Positions 1 through 12,900 of a stretch of 64,000 nucleotides of DNA are shown here, one piece after another (positions within the stretch are counted from its first letter, which is position 1; the number at the start of each line of letters is the position of its first letter). The translations under genes and the position numbers were made by a program. The stretch lies in the NCBI GenBank assembly GCA_001949185.1, contig BDGG01000011.1:1013552-1077551 (forward strand), in the 5' to 3' direction. The notes beneath the pieces are model-generated. The model ran no database searches and was not told the origin of the DNA. It saw only the letters and a list, made by a program, of their open reading frames with translations. This DNA is from Ramazzottius varieornatus. Taxonomy: Eukaryota > Animalia > Tardigrada.

Positions 1-1861
1 CCCGCTACTGACCAACAAGAAACGCTACCCAACAATTACCACCTTTCCAACACCCGATCTGCGGACCATCCCGCTATCTCTCGAGAGTTTTCTCCGGAGT
101 TTCAGATGGACCACTGTGACGCTGCTTTGTGATTCCGTTACGCAGTATCCCGCTCTCAGTACTTTCTACAGTCAGGTGTGCAATACGGTGAAAATTCGAC
201 TGGTGGCTCCCTCGGCGAATTTCCAAGTGTACAGTGCATCGTTTGACTCGAAAACCTTCCAAAGAATTGACTCTCTTCTAATGGACGCTCGACGTCGATC
301 GCGAAGTAAGCCGCAATCGGCATATCGAATACTTCAAGCTTGATACATTATCCGAATTTGGCGTAACCACTTCGACCCTCCACAGTTTTGATTCTCTTTA
401 CGCATCCAACAATCCTCCGTGAGATAATGGTGAGACAACGCAGCAGGTGTTACTTCTTTGTAGTATCCACGGACCGAACGTTGCGCATGTCAAAATGGAA
501 ATTTTACAGGTTACCGCGTATAACCTCAACATGACAGATGGAACCTACGTGAGTCTCCACGTCGCTGTGCGGGAGTTCGGCAAACAAACTCAACAAGATC
601 GTCGCCCAAGTGGCGCTTGTTTTGTCGTCGGCAAAAAGGATGCGCCAGTTGGGCAGGCAATCCTGTCGAATTTGTTAGCCCAGCTCCGTTTGAATATAGC
701 ATGGATCCACTTTATTGCAGTACCTATAATGCCACTTGTTCGCGATCTAGGCGTACTTCAGTGTAAACCCACCGGAGGTGCCTACATTTGGAAACCTCAC
801 CTGGCAGAAGTTTGACCAGAACGATACAGTCGCTTTCCATGCATACCATTCTTTGGCCGTCGTTAACAATCCTAACCCGAAGTGGGAACAGGTGCGAGAC
901 ATCACCTCAGCCATGGCTGAAGTTTCCAAAGAAAGATGGAATTTGACTATGTCAGTTGCTCAGCAGGTAGGTGACGACAGCAGTCCTATCGGTGGTTCTC
1001 GATAAACCGACCTGTTCGCATTTATAGCATAACGATCTGGCGATATCTGTGTACGAAGCCTACCAGACCTTTGCTTTCGTACTGAACGAAAGTTTTGCCG
1101 AACTGGAAAACCTGACCGGTGTAGGCTTCGCTAAACGGTGCTGGAACCGAACGTTCGAGTCGCGAACCAGACCGGTCAACATCGATGCCCGCGGAAGCCG
1201 AATCAACAGTGTCATTTTTTCCCGCTTCAACAGTCCTAACGGCGTACGAACGGTACGATCCCGGAGTTTCAAGCTCAAGACTGTCGACTTGGACATGATA
1301 TAACTCCTACACTGTACAGTATACCATGTACTGTATTTTTCAGGAAACTTGGGTATATGATGCCATTTCGCATCAGCTGCAAACGATCTCACCGAGCTTA
1401 GCCAGTGCATGGACTGATAACAGAACTCGGCCATTAAACGAACCACTATGCGGCTTCGATGGAGACAGATGTCAGCACAGTCAACGTAAGAAACCATGCA
1501 TCGTATCTCATAGACGCCTGCTGAGACCTGATTTGTACGGTAGAGAGTCTTACGACAATTGTGGCATCAAGTGTTTCCTGCTTTGCTTTCCTCTGCATAC
1601 TGCTCTTGATCCTCGGGAAGACGCTTTTACGGTAAGATTTCGGATTTGGGAAGAAATACTGACGGCGAGTCGCCCTACTACACCAGCTTCAATCACGAAC
1701 AGCTGTGAGCACAAAAATGGGTATTTTGTAGGAACAATGCGAGATGGAGGGAAGACTGGATGACCTGGTGGATCATTTCAGAAAATTATTTTGGCGGCCT
1801 GAGACCGTTTAATCTGAAAGACTTGTCGACCCTCAGTCGATATCGCAACAGCGAAAGCTGA
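1..1861 (+). CDS. ANF/natriuretic-peptide-receptor-like single-pass membrane protein (5' end outside window), short cytoplasmic tail
   Basis: Phase-compatible GT-AG exons: <1-305, 386-429, 510-548, 751-966, 1028-1252, 1344-1485, 1544-1631, 1732-1861. They give LTNKKRYPT...FRWTTVTLLCD...SRILILFTHPTILREIMVTAYNLNMTDGTY...WNRTF...WTDNRTRPLNEPLCGFDGDRC, typical of the ANF-receptor ectodomain with its juxtamembrane Cys pair. A TM helix (IVASSVSCFAFLCILLLILG) follows, then a TGA at 1859-1861. Confidence 0.8.
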
Positions 1862-2317
1862 TTCAAAAAAGTTGACACAACAAGCTTTCTCCCCAAACTC
1901 TTTTGTTTAGTCCTGGAGATTCCAAAGTGCAGCATGCCGAAGACGAGATGAAGGACAAAAAAATATGAAACAAACGCTAAAATTTCCGTGGCACATGCTG
2001 CTTGTTAAAGTCGACATAGTGTTGGGGTCTGGTGTTTGAGCGTGTTTTTTAATGGAAAATAGCCAGCGGGCATTGTGGGCTATTCCGAATGTTCTTCGTA
2101 TCCCCGCAAGCCTATGTGACTTTACGTGGATAGAAATGTCTCGAACAACGGTACTAAGGGCACTTTGTGTCGTGAATTTCCGTTCAATTAGTATTTCAAA
2201 ACTCTAGCTCAAATTTTTTTGATCGCCGGGTTTCAACGAACAGTAACTCACATTTTCCGTCCCCTCCCCAATTGTTCTGTTGATCGATATTCCTGCACGT
2301 CTTGCGGACCACGAGCT

Positions 2318-2960
2318 ATGGCCGACATCAGGGATGCGGTATCCACCGTCAACCCTCTTGTTAGCGAATCCAGTGAACCACCGGCCACGGTCGAGAATAC
2401 TCTAAACGTGGGAGATACCGCGGTATCAACTGAGTCTAAAGTTACTCCAGAAAGTCTGTCCGTTGTGGATGCTCCATCTGATCGGAATACCCTTTTCTCT
2501 CATGCACCTGCCGGGTTCTATGCCGATATAAGATCTGTGCCGACCTTCAAGAACCAGGAAAAGCCTCTAAAATCTTCCGCTGGTAAGGTTTTATGTTGAT
2601 GTTTTTTTCCAGCGACTATATTCAGTAGTGTACATATCACCGTCGCAACTTTTCATCTTTTGTTTACAGCCTACAACCGCAGGGACTTTACGGACCGCCT
2701 TGATTCAAATGACTTTATCAGCAAGATAGCCTGCGAGCTGGAAAGACGTTTGCGGCTTCTGGACGAGAGAATGGAAAATTATGTCATTCACCCAGAATTT
2801 CAAAGGTAAACTTTAGTGGCTGGCTGTTGTTTGAACTTTTTCAAATAACAGGCTCCTACTGTCCTCTGCCTATGATACCTGAATATTTTTACATTGGTCT
2901 CGATTGAATTTTAGACCCTGGAGCTACGATGGGCGCACATGGCACAACATAACAGTCTGA
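2318..2960 (+). CDS. Hypothetical ~150-aa protein, three exons, S/T/E/P-rich N-terminus
   Basis: ATG at 2318. Exons 2318-2582, 2670-2805 and 2915-2960 join in phase through canonical GT..AG sites: MADIRDAVST...KSSAAYNRRDFTDRLDSNDFISKIACELERRLRLLDERMENYVIHPEFQRPWSYDGRTWHNITV*. Confidence 0.55.
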
Positions 2961-3747
2961 AGTTTCTTTCTCTCCCAGCTGTCATAGTAAAAACCTTCAG
3001 ATCCGATCATTTGGCACGTAACCTAGGAAGTTCGGACAGACCGGCATCTGAATAAAAAAGGGAAATTCGACGACAACCGCGGGATCTTGGCAGTTATTTC
3101 ATACGAACACGTTGGAGTTCAGCAAAATTTGTTTTTGGGACGGTGGAACATTGTTTACAGTTTTGGATGGACGTTTCACATTCGAAGTTTCGCTCACGAA
3201 ATAAAGATTCGCTGTTTGGCAAGAAGGATACCATAGCATTACTGAATTTTCATCCATTCATGGCATTGGTTTCAGTAATCAGTAGCCCCGGAACATTTTC
3301 CTGATTACTGCGATTAAGCCCATATGCTCCTGACGGTCAGCAATAATCCTCGCTGATTGCCTGCCCGTCCCATTCCCTCCTATCCCTCTCCCGGCTGCCC
3401 GAAGGCCGGCTGGACAACAGACAGACGGAGCAAACAGCGCTGCCGATCGATTAATCTCATAAACACCAGTAGCAAATAACTGTCAGGACGTTACAGCCTG
3501 AGCCTTATCCCGAAGACGCCTAGAAGGCTAAAATCATTCCCATCCCTAACTCGCTACAGACGCTGGCGCATATATCGTGTCCAAGATCATGTCCATATCG
3601 ATCCATCACAGTACGAAGCAAGGACCGGGAAAAGCTCCTCGCCGTCCCCTCACTTTTCTTCCCCATTGCGCCCACTCTTTGCCTGCTAATGCATATTTCT
3701 CCGCTTCCTCTTCCCTTTCTTATCCACGTCGTAAGCGGAAATGCGTA

Positions 3748-4014
3748 CACGCGCCTGGCCCAAATGTGGGGANNNNNNNNNNNNNNNNNNNNNNNNNNNN
3801 NNNNNNNNNNNNNNNNNNNNNNNNNNNNNNNNNNNNNNNNNNNNNNNNNNNNNNNNNNNNNNNNNNNNNNNNNNNNNNNNNNNNNNNNNNNNNNNNNNNN
3901 NNNNNNNNNNNNNNNNNNNNNNNNNNNNNNNNNNNNNNNNNNNNNNNNNNNNNNNNNNNNNNNNNNNNNNNNNNNNNNNNNNNNNNNNNNNNNNNNATTT
4001 GGGCCAGGCACGTG
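3748..4014. mobile_element. TA-flanked MITE (family A) spanning an assembly gap
   Basis: TA|CACGCGCCTGGCCCAAATGTGGG ... ATTTGGGCCAGGCACGTG|TA inverted termini either side of the N run at 3773-3996; the ends match the element at 10183. Confidence 0.7.
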
Positions 4015-4456
4015 TACTTAAAAGACCCATCACTGTATGCAGGCTAGAGCAGCTAGGCACGCACCAACAGCCATGCTTCATTACTTTGTCCGATCGAGGC
4101 CTTCTTTGTATATCATACTTAATACGAACAAAGTATGTTGTGTATGCAATAGTGGCAGTTGGATTCTTTCGCCCACGCTACATTTTCATTACGATCGAGC
4201 TTAGTCAGGTCGTCGGTTTCCGTACGGCAATGCGTGATGCCTCATTTCGCCCCAACAATAGAACAGTGGATCTAGCATTCCATACTTCGGCTATACGATA
4301 AAATCAGCTTCTAAAGCTTTGATTGAGATGCTCCATACTGCTTCCAACCCTCTCTTCCAGCGCGTGACTAACTGAGGACCATTGAACAATAGCGGTTATT
4401 GTTGTCTTACTTTCACCGGTCATTTCTTCCTGGTCGAACCTGTCGGTTTTTCCAAG

Positions 4457-7400
4457 ATGGACAATTCAGCGGCAACTACTGAACGCCGGAAGACTTTCAG
4501 GAACCTATCTGTGGTTATTCTCTTCTGTTCCCTATTGGGGTGTTGTCTACTGGAAGCTGCTTTTGCATCGGATGGGGAGAAATTTGAAGCAGCTTTCCAA
4601 GGTAAGCAGTGATCACTGTAGACCTTCAGTAGTCGGTGCATCTGCTCTGGAGACAGGCATGCGCAATCAGCGTTATAGAACCAGGCTCTAATGACTATGC
4701 CTTGATGATTGTTCACTGATGGTCAAGTTCGCCAAGGGATTTCTCCCTTATAATTATTCATCGATTACACGGCAATCTGTCAACGCTTCCTGGTCTGGTC
4801 AACAGACACGATAACTTTAGGAAATAATTGCTGCTTGCTTGCGTTATTGCCTCCCACGCTTTCATCATTCCAAGAACTTGGCCATTTCGTGAAGCATCTC
4901 CGCAAGTTTTTTTCTTATCTCCTTGTTACAAGTTCTCGTTTTCGTTCCACGCGCTTCCAACTGGTTGTCTTAGCTAAGCTAGAAAATTTGAGGGGAAAGT
5001 AAGGGCTGACCAAGTCCCACGTACTGTGAACGCCCGAACTGAGCTGTGTTTACTGAGAATCCATCATATGCAATTGTGCTTATCCTGTCGGACTTTTTTC
5101 GTCTTGGAGTTTTACTGATGGGATACTCAACGTTGAGAGTATAGTCATGTCGAGCCGTTGATGGAATTCAGGCACGTGTGAAGAATTAGGCCAAATAACA
5201 GGAGAGCATGTACTCTGATCGATGCGTATCCCTCTTTGGAGCTGGGAGGCACTTGGGATTAGAGAAAAAGGAAAGGTGCACTTGATTGCCTATTTGTCAG
5301 CTTGCTGCATATCGATCGGTCTAAATTTGCTCCCTACTTCATCTGGAAACATTCTTTCCCCATTTAGACGACACGCTGCAGTGCAATCATGACACAGGAA
5401 AGGAATGGTGTCCTGTAAATTGCGACTTGACCCATTTCCTCACTGTGTGAAGCACTTATTGACGCAGTTCTGCATAGTTTGAGCTTTGTTCTGGACATAA
5501 GTGAAACGATCGTTGGTCTTCAGAACGGAGTAAATTTAATTATCATATTCACTCAGACACTTCTCATGCAAAATACAGTAGGGACTATACCATGTGGGGA
5601 AATTCACCTCGAGTGATGAGTGCAGTACAGTAGCCATTGATAACGGACAGCAGTCGAACAAGATTCAGCAAGGAGGCATTTTTGCAAAAGTGAAGCCGAA
5701 TTGAAAATGAAATCATGCACAAGTTGGAAGGAAGAACAGCACACGTCATTCGAGGGCGTATGCGAAAGGATGATTGAAAGTCCGCCTTTGTCGTCGTTAC
5801 TCATTTCGCATTCTTTGTAGATTAAAGTGGGATGGGGACATGCTTGCTGGGCTGTCATGACTTATTTTTAAATTACGTAACTTTCGTCAGCAGCAGGGAG
5901 AAGACCGGTATGCATGGTGCACTCAATATGACTGGCGATTGAATAACAAGGAAGTTTCCGTTAGGCAGTAAAAATTTTCCTCGCATGCATGGTGTCGACG
6001 TTTGCAACTTCGCATGGTCAAGGTTTTTTCCTCATTAGGCCAGTGTCCCCGAGGAGCCAGTGATGGGATCTGTCAACATATCTGCCGGAACCACAGTCCG
6101 CGGACCTTTGCCTGCTACTGTCTTCCTGGTTTTCACCTGCAGCATAACGGATACGCATGCACTAACGAAACAGGTAGCTGCCGTACTTTCTTCCAGCTGC
6201 AAACAGCGTCATCAGTCGTGCATAGTGGCAATCATCGAATGCTATAAAATTAATTGGTGTGTTTTCAGAGTCCCTTACAGCTGCACCGACTTCGACCATG
6301 ATACAATCCTTCTCGGTCCTTAGGAATATTCCCCAAGACAAGTTTGCGTTAGAAGCCCTTTCAGCCAGACAAAACAGGTGTTCCGAAGTTAAATGTCGGA
6401 ATGGTGGGTGGTGCGATGAGGGCAACAAGGAGGACGCCACTTGCTCGTGTCCGTTAGGCAGAACCGGCAAATACTGCCACCAACGTGAGTGCAATGGTTT
6501 ACTGAGCTCATTACCTATCAAGAAAAAGTTGATGCTTGGTAAAACAGTGCAACAACGTAAGCTCCGATTAATCTAGGCACAAGTTTTTCGACGCCGCATT
6601 TTTCGGGACGATCCTCTGCAATGCTGTCTCTGCTCGCAAATCGGCGCAATGGTTCGCGCTTTGACATCGTCGTTACAATCCGACCAGAAAGCCCGGATGG
6701 TTTATTCTTCTTCGTGGGTCACAACCTTGAATCTAACACGAAACTCATCGTGCTGTCGCTTGTTGACGCATACGTCATCTTACGAATTCTCCTGGGCGAC
6801 AACACCATCGTGATCCAAAGTCGGTCAAGAGTGAAACTGAACGAAACCTTGCATGTTGAAGCTGGTAGAAAGAGCGCGAGTGACTTCTATCTGCGGGTTG
6901 GATTGCAAGAACTACAGATGATATCCAAGCCGGTAAAATTAGACAATGTGCAAAATTTGCTTTGGCAAACTCGATTGGCGAAGGTGCGTGGAAGAATTCT
7001 ATAACTGCTCGCTGTAGGAGGTGGACAGTAAAGAACTGGATTTGGCCGGCAATGTGTACATCGGTGGCGTACCCGATTCGAATACCTTGCAGCAGGAAAT
7101 CCTGCGCCAAGACTACGCGGAGTCGCGCAAGCTCTTTCGTGGATGCATAGTGCGCTTAGCCATAGATGGGAAAGCATTCGTCCTGCAGCCGCCACCTTTC
7201 GGAGACATTGTGGACGGCATAAACGTGGGTAAGTTGCCGCTGAAAGTCTCCTTTTAAGCTGAACTCAAGAATGATTTTGAAACAAAAATGGAATACTGTT
7301 TTTGCTTTTAGATCGCTGTAATGATATCATAACAGACGACTCTACGGAAGAGCCGCCTTGTAGGACCGAATGTTTAAATGGCGGTCGCTGCATCAGGTCG

Positions 7401-8285
7401 AACGACGGACAAGAAAGCTTCTGCGATTGCGCTGCTGGTTTCGTTGGTCTTCAATGCGAAATAGGTACTTTTTGTTTTCGGTGAATTTCAACAGCGTCAA
7501 AGTCTGTATTGGATATAGATCTGGAATCCAACATTCCCTTCTTCAACGGTTCTTCCCACCTGTCGTACGAGATTGGCCAAATGCGCGACCACATTAAACA
7601 CCGATTTTGTCTCCGTTTAATCTTCCGCCCTTCCAAGCGACCACGCCCGTCGGCGGGAGGAGAGATACTTCTACATGTAGGAAACACCAAAAAGACCTCG
7701 GCTGTTGGTCTCGATCGATCTTTCGTGTCCAGTCAACATTTTGAGGACTTTTTGATGGTTGGGTTGAAAGACGGTTTCGTGGAAGTCAGCGTGAATTTTG
7801 GCGATGCTACCGTCGTAGCCAGGTACGGCTTCCCGATAGTCTAAGCTAGACTAAGTAGAGGACTAATCCAGTTGGCGGTTGTAGGAGCAGAGAAGTAATA
7901 CGGCTAGGCGTGTGGTGCGAAGTGGAAGTTCGGCGGACAGGACGTCTGCTGGAACTCTACGTCGACAACAAGCTCCACTCCATCGTGAGCTCACCCGGCA
8001 GCTTTGCTGAGTTCAGCCTGAACAACGATCCCTATATTTATCTGGGTGGAGTTCCATCGGGCCCCGCAGAGGACGACAAGCAGACAGATGGTGGGGTTGG
8101 CCTATCTTTTCATGGTTGCATCGACTTGAAGAAGGTATGACCGTCACATCAGCAAGTCATTCCTAGCATCCTGACGATGAATGGTAATACGCTGTTCTTT
8201 TTCACAGAGTGCTTTCATGGATGAAAGACTGACGCTATCCAAAGCGAAAGCTGGCTTCAACTTGGAAAGTGTCTGTCCGGGTTGA
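4457..8285 (+). CDS. Secreted EGF-EGF-LamG-EGF-LamG protein (eyes shut/pikachurin/agrin C-terminus-like)
   Basis: Signal-peptide exon 4457-4601 (LSVVILFCSLLGCCLLEAAFA). EGF exons CQHICRNHSPRTFACYCLPGFHL and CRNGGWC...CSCPLGRTGKYC. LamG1: PHFSGRS...IRPESPDGLFFF...VYIGGVP...FRGCI. EGF: CLNGGRC...CDCAAGFVGLQCE. LamG2: PFFNGSSHL...DFLMVGLKDGFVEVSVNFGD...IYLGGVP...FHGCI. The last exon ends VCPG* at 8285. Confidence 0.8.
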
Positions 8286-8462
8286 AAAGTTCGCAAAAGC
8301 GATTTCCGGAGACATCGCAATATTGTTAGAAGGATTTTGTGATACATCCGCACGTATTTTTGTAATACTGTATAATAAAATTGCAATATACTGTACAGGA
8401 AAAGTGCTGACCTTCGGTGGTGTGAGGGGGGTCACAGCTCAAATCTTCATTGCAGTATATGA

Positions 8463-8929
8463 GTATCGGCGGCCCAATTTGCGGCACAACTTTTTCGAGT
8501 CCGAACGAGCCTTTTTTGAGATGAAGTTTTTAGCAACATTCAGGGGCATCGCCACGGATAGAATTCTCACAAGTCCGTTCGCCCTTTTGGGAAGATGTTT
8601 CTGGAAATTCTGGAAGTGATCACCAGCCGAGATACTCCCACATCGGCGGTTTTGCGTCCGAACAGATGCAGGCGCATTCCCACGCTGTAAGTGCTTCACC
8701 GTGACGTCAAAACGTTTTCACTCACAACTTTGATACTCTTCAGGTTTTTTAACGTAGCCACCTGACCACTAGTCAGATGGTCAGATGAATCTCAGCATCG
8801 TGTTCCTCAATAAATGTTACAACAGATTGCATTAACAGTTAACTTTGCCCTTGGAGTCCCAGAACTTCAAACTTGATTCCTGAACAATTTGAGTAGCCGT
8901 CGTTGTGCCGCAAATTGGGCCGCCGATAC
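8463..8929. mobile_element. Non-autonomous TIR element (family B), 28-bp perfect TIRs
   Basis: GTATCGGCGGCCCAATTTGCGGCACAAC (8463-8490) has its exact reverse complement at 8902-8929. The interior is homologous to 31807-32260. Confidence 0.75.
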
Positions 8930-10182
8930 CAATTAATCAGTGTGGGCAGGAGCCCTGGTTTGTAAGTGACGTCCAGGTCCCATTCAAAACTACCGATGGT
9001 GCTTGATGGTAAAAGCTCAAGAAAAGCGAAAACGTCAATTTAATTCATGAGCTAGCCCAATGCGACACAAGACGAAACGAGATGGATGTCAGTCCCTACT
9101 TCTTACTGGAGAAAATTACACTTCGAAAGAAAGTTACACTTCGCATCAAGATCCGGCGGATCGAGTGGCTACACATCCGAGGTCCTGCTGATAATGGGGA
9201 AAAAATTCACAGCATCACGCTAGTGGCGCCCTGACCTGTTTCATTAGCACAGTTCTTCAGGGGCTTTTGCTTGAAGTTTTCCAAGGTAGCGAATCAACCT
9301 CTTGGAAAACTTACAGCTTTAGGGCCATCTTCTCTACATGTGCTCCAGGATGCCTAATTAGTTTTCATGTTTTTTGTTGTCTTCGCGCTCGCCAGCCATG
9401 CCATTAAATTTGCAAAGGCAGGAGACGTCGTTCGGCTTTGTAAAATCAGTCCAAGAAAGGTGGAAAGTCGGTCACCGACGGAAGTTATCGTATCTACTTT
9501 AGCTACTGTGTGCATAACTTTATCGTCAGCAAAAAGAGCGCGTGTTTAGAATAAACCTTAAAGGCGCCTCCGGTTGACAAAGGCAATAATGATGCTGATA
9601 GAGCAACGTCGCTAATGCAAACTAAATATATCGCCAAGCATACAATGCGATTTATGATTCTGTAAATATCCCGTGACTGGGCTTGCAGTTATCAATGAGA
9701 ACATAGACCCAGTTTGCAAACGATAAGGCTATCATGCAAATTTTGTTTGCAGGGCCGCTCCAGGCAGTGATGATGAGCATTACACGCAGCTTGTCCGTGT
9801 AATGTAAATTGTAACGTTAAATAGTGTAATTGTAAAAGTGTAACTACATTTAACACCAGTTTACATATTACAAACCCAGCGGTTTGTAACGTATAAAGCG
9901 ATAGGGAGCGACGAAAACGACAAATCAGCTGTGTCTGCGTTTGCTTAAAATATAGATCCCAGTAATTGTCTTCCAGAAACAGATAAAGATTCGGTTGCAA
10001 AATGACCATATTCAGGAAGTTTCTGACATTTTATCACGTAAGTCAGCCAAATTTTAGATTTCCGGCGGCAAAATCTTCAAAAATACCGCAGATTTTAGCT
10101 TTTAACACAGTGAGAGACCAATACACTACGACCGCCTTCTGGCTGGAGTTCTTGTACTTACAGAGTTTCTGTTCGGAGCGTA

Positions 10183-10375
10183 CACGCACCTGATCCAAAT
10201 GTGGGCATGGACAAAACTGTTGGATAAATGTGGGCATGGACAAAACTGCTGGCCACGGAGCGAAAGAACCGCTGCTCCGATTGGTTCAATTGATTTGTCG
10301 ATTCCAGTTGACGCATGCCGCTTTCGCTCCGTGGCCAGCAGTTTTGTCCATGCCCACATTTAGGCCAGGCGCGTG
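10183..10375. mobile_element. Foldback MITE (family A) with an internal ~29-bp duplication
   Basis: Arms CACGCACCTGATCCAAATGTGGGCATGGACAAAACTG...GGCCACGGAGCGAAAG and CTTTCGCTCCGTGGCCAGCAGTTTTGTCCATGCCCACATTTAGGCCAGGCGCGTG; AAATGTGGGCATGGACAAAACTG occurs twice in the left arm. Confidence 0.75.
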
Positions 10376-11492
10376 TCCGGTGAACAGTCTTACGGTCCCA
10401 TCAGATAACATACAAAACCATCATTAAAGTCATCACTCGGTCCGTTGTTGGTCAATTACCCCTAGGCCAGTCTGCGGCTCTGTGCCACGAATTATCACAT
10501 TTTCTCGGAGACGAGAAGGCTGACCACCAGACTGCGATCAGTGTGGCCAAGTGATCACGGTTTGCAAATGAATTACAACGAGGGGGGAGGGGCCGGAGTG
10601 TGGTTCTTATATTGAGACTCTACAGCTTCTACAGTGCTGAAAATGCATTAATGCATATTGTTTCCGGTAGTCACGTGACATTAGTTACCGTTGATCGATG
10701 TTATAAGATCGTCAACATTATAAGATGTGTGTTGGCGTTGCCAGTGATTCTGTAACAAACTACTCCCGGCTGTACCACAAAATCCTTCTGGAGATATGAG
10801 TAGCAAACGCCAAATCTCTCGTCGCACGACTTCTCAGCACCAAGAGCTTCGTTGTGTCATGGTCTGAAACGTGGAGATACTGTGGCTTTTTGGCTATGCA
10901 GGGAAGCTGATCAAGGCGACATTATTTTACCAGAAAGGGTTCGACAACCCCAAATGCTAAACCTCTTAGTGATATATCAGGTGCGGAAGTATAACTTTCA
11001 GAAAAGTTCGCAGAAGCACAATGATAACTTGGTGAAGTTCTTCGATTGTCACTATGTAAGTTCCTACGCCATAACTTATCGGTGTACAGACTGCTCCATA
11101 TGCGACCTTACAGTGGTGGCAAAGGGGATGCTCTGAGCCCTGTTTGTCCAGCCTCTACAGAGGAATAGATACCGGATACTGTTAAACTTCTGGCATCTTA
11201 GATTTACAATTAGTTACGGAGCGTCGTTTGGTTTCACAGGCGTCTCTGGCCGCATTTACATGATCAAGCAATTCACCGTTGCCCGCGCTGACCAGTCACA
11301 TGTGACAACGGCTCCGGCCGCTGCTCCATAACTGCAAAGTTATTGATAAGGTGCCTGAAGTCTAACCGTATCGCCATCGCTGTCTAGAGATATAAATGAG
11401 GATTCCCAGAGGCTCCGGAGCACCAATTATACCTGCATGGTAATTACAGTGACAACTGGCGAGGTGATTACAATTGTGATTGCAGCCCCGGT

Positions 11493-11786
11493 CAGTGGTG
11501 CAGCTCGAAGGCTCGAGGGGTAGGAAAATTTTTCGGGGCGCTTGGTAAAGCTCTGATTGGAACGTGTTTGTGGGACCCGTAACTTGGCCGTGCCTCTTGG
11601 AGTGCGCTATCGAATCGAGTCAATGCACACCAATCACGCAAATTGGTTCGTTTGCGTTGACTTGATCCGATAGCGCACTCCAAGAGGCGTGGCCAATTTC
11701 GGGCTCCCCAAACATGGCCCAATCAGAGGCTCGACGTGAGCCCCGAAAAATTAGCTGACCGCTCGAGCCTTCGAGCCGCACCACTG
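11493..11786. mobile_element. ~294-bp near-complete palindrome, hAT-like foldback MITE
   Basis: CAGTGGTGCAGCTCGAAGGCTCGAG ... CTCGAGCCTTCGAGCCGCACCACTG termini. The arms pair almost throughout, for example GCCTCTTGGAGTGCGCTATCG with CGATAGCGCACTCCAAGAGGC. Confidence 0.75.
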
Positions 11787-12900
11787 GTAACGGTAACTAT
11801 AATGGTCTACGAGTGCGAGACAGATAATTAAGTCATGGCCTATCGACGTTCCTAAGCCATGGTAATAGTTTTGAAATGTTAGAAAGTCGGCTTCTGAAGG
11901 TATGTTTTGATGATGGCTTGGTTCGCGTAGCACTGTGAGCCTTCAATGTATTACAGAATTTGCACTTTGCACAGATGGTTTGAAAAAACGACAGTTTGGA
12001 CGAAACGATTGCATTTAGAAAAGTTTAAAAATTCGAGATTTGTAAATCGGCTCGCGATTCACGAAACGGAGGGCGGCTTCGCTCGTGAATCACGAAGAAA
12101 GTCACCCGTAGATTTCTGACATGAACGAATAGCCGTCGGTAATGCAATGGCTAGCTTGAAGCACTGGGAAGCGAAATCGGTGCCCGGGCAACTCAGGGCC
12201 TCCTCTCCGGACAATCAGTCAATAAGATTTGCATTTGAGCCGGTTTTTTTAACGTGGTGGGCTATTTTCTGCCAATCGAACCACCACGACCAGCAGCGGT
12301 CGTTGGTCCTATCGTTTTTCTCAAACTCGCTCGCGTTGTGCGACTCCTCAAAGCCTCCAGCGAATGCTTTTACAGTGTGGCCGCACCAACTTTGTACAGC
12401 TCCCTTTCTCATTTCACAAGAATCTCGCATCAAGTTTTTTATGAGACACGATGATTGACATCCGTACGTCAGCTCGTTGCGTATCGTTTGAAATGAGCGT
12501 CGATAGCAGAACACAAACTTCCCTTTTACAAACTTGATCCGAGATCTTGACACCAAGGCCACTTCCGAGGCATGAACGAATACTTTTGCACACACCTCCA
12601 CAGTCGACTTCCGGGCGGCTCTTCGGTCAGGAACGATGAGTAAATGTTTGGCACATCCAATGATCTGAGAAGGGAAAATCTGGCATTCGAACCTCGAACG
12701 TAATCGAAATTTTTGACTTGAATTTCCTATTTTACCGAGAAAGCACGATTTCCTCGAAAACTGTTTTTGGGCGCAAAAGCTACCGCAGCGCTCAAACCCA
12801 TTGTTAAGTAGGAAGGCAAATGTTTTTGCTTGCACACTAACCGAGTTTTGATGAGATACCTTCTGCTAGACAGAAGTACTAATTTTTCAAAAAGTTGCAG

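Noticed and set aside
3520-4301. ORFs containing long X runs
   Set aside because: Artefacts of translating through the N gap inside a MITE.
9798-9870. AT-rich imperfect palindrome with TGTAA repeats
   Set aside because: Short, degenerate and single-copy here; cannot be told apart from low-complexity sequence.
10780-11140. Possible kinase N-lobe remnant (GDTVAF, HNDNLVKFFDCH)
   Set aside because: Too short and degenerate to support; no glycine loop or VAxK could be reconstructed.
12215-12835. 206-aa minus-strand ORF
   Set aside because: No recognisable motif, ATG start or consistent splice structure.
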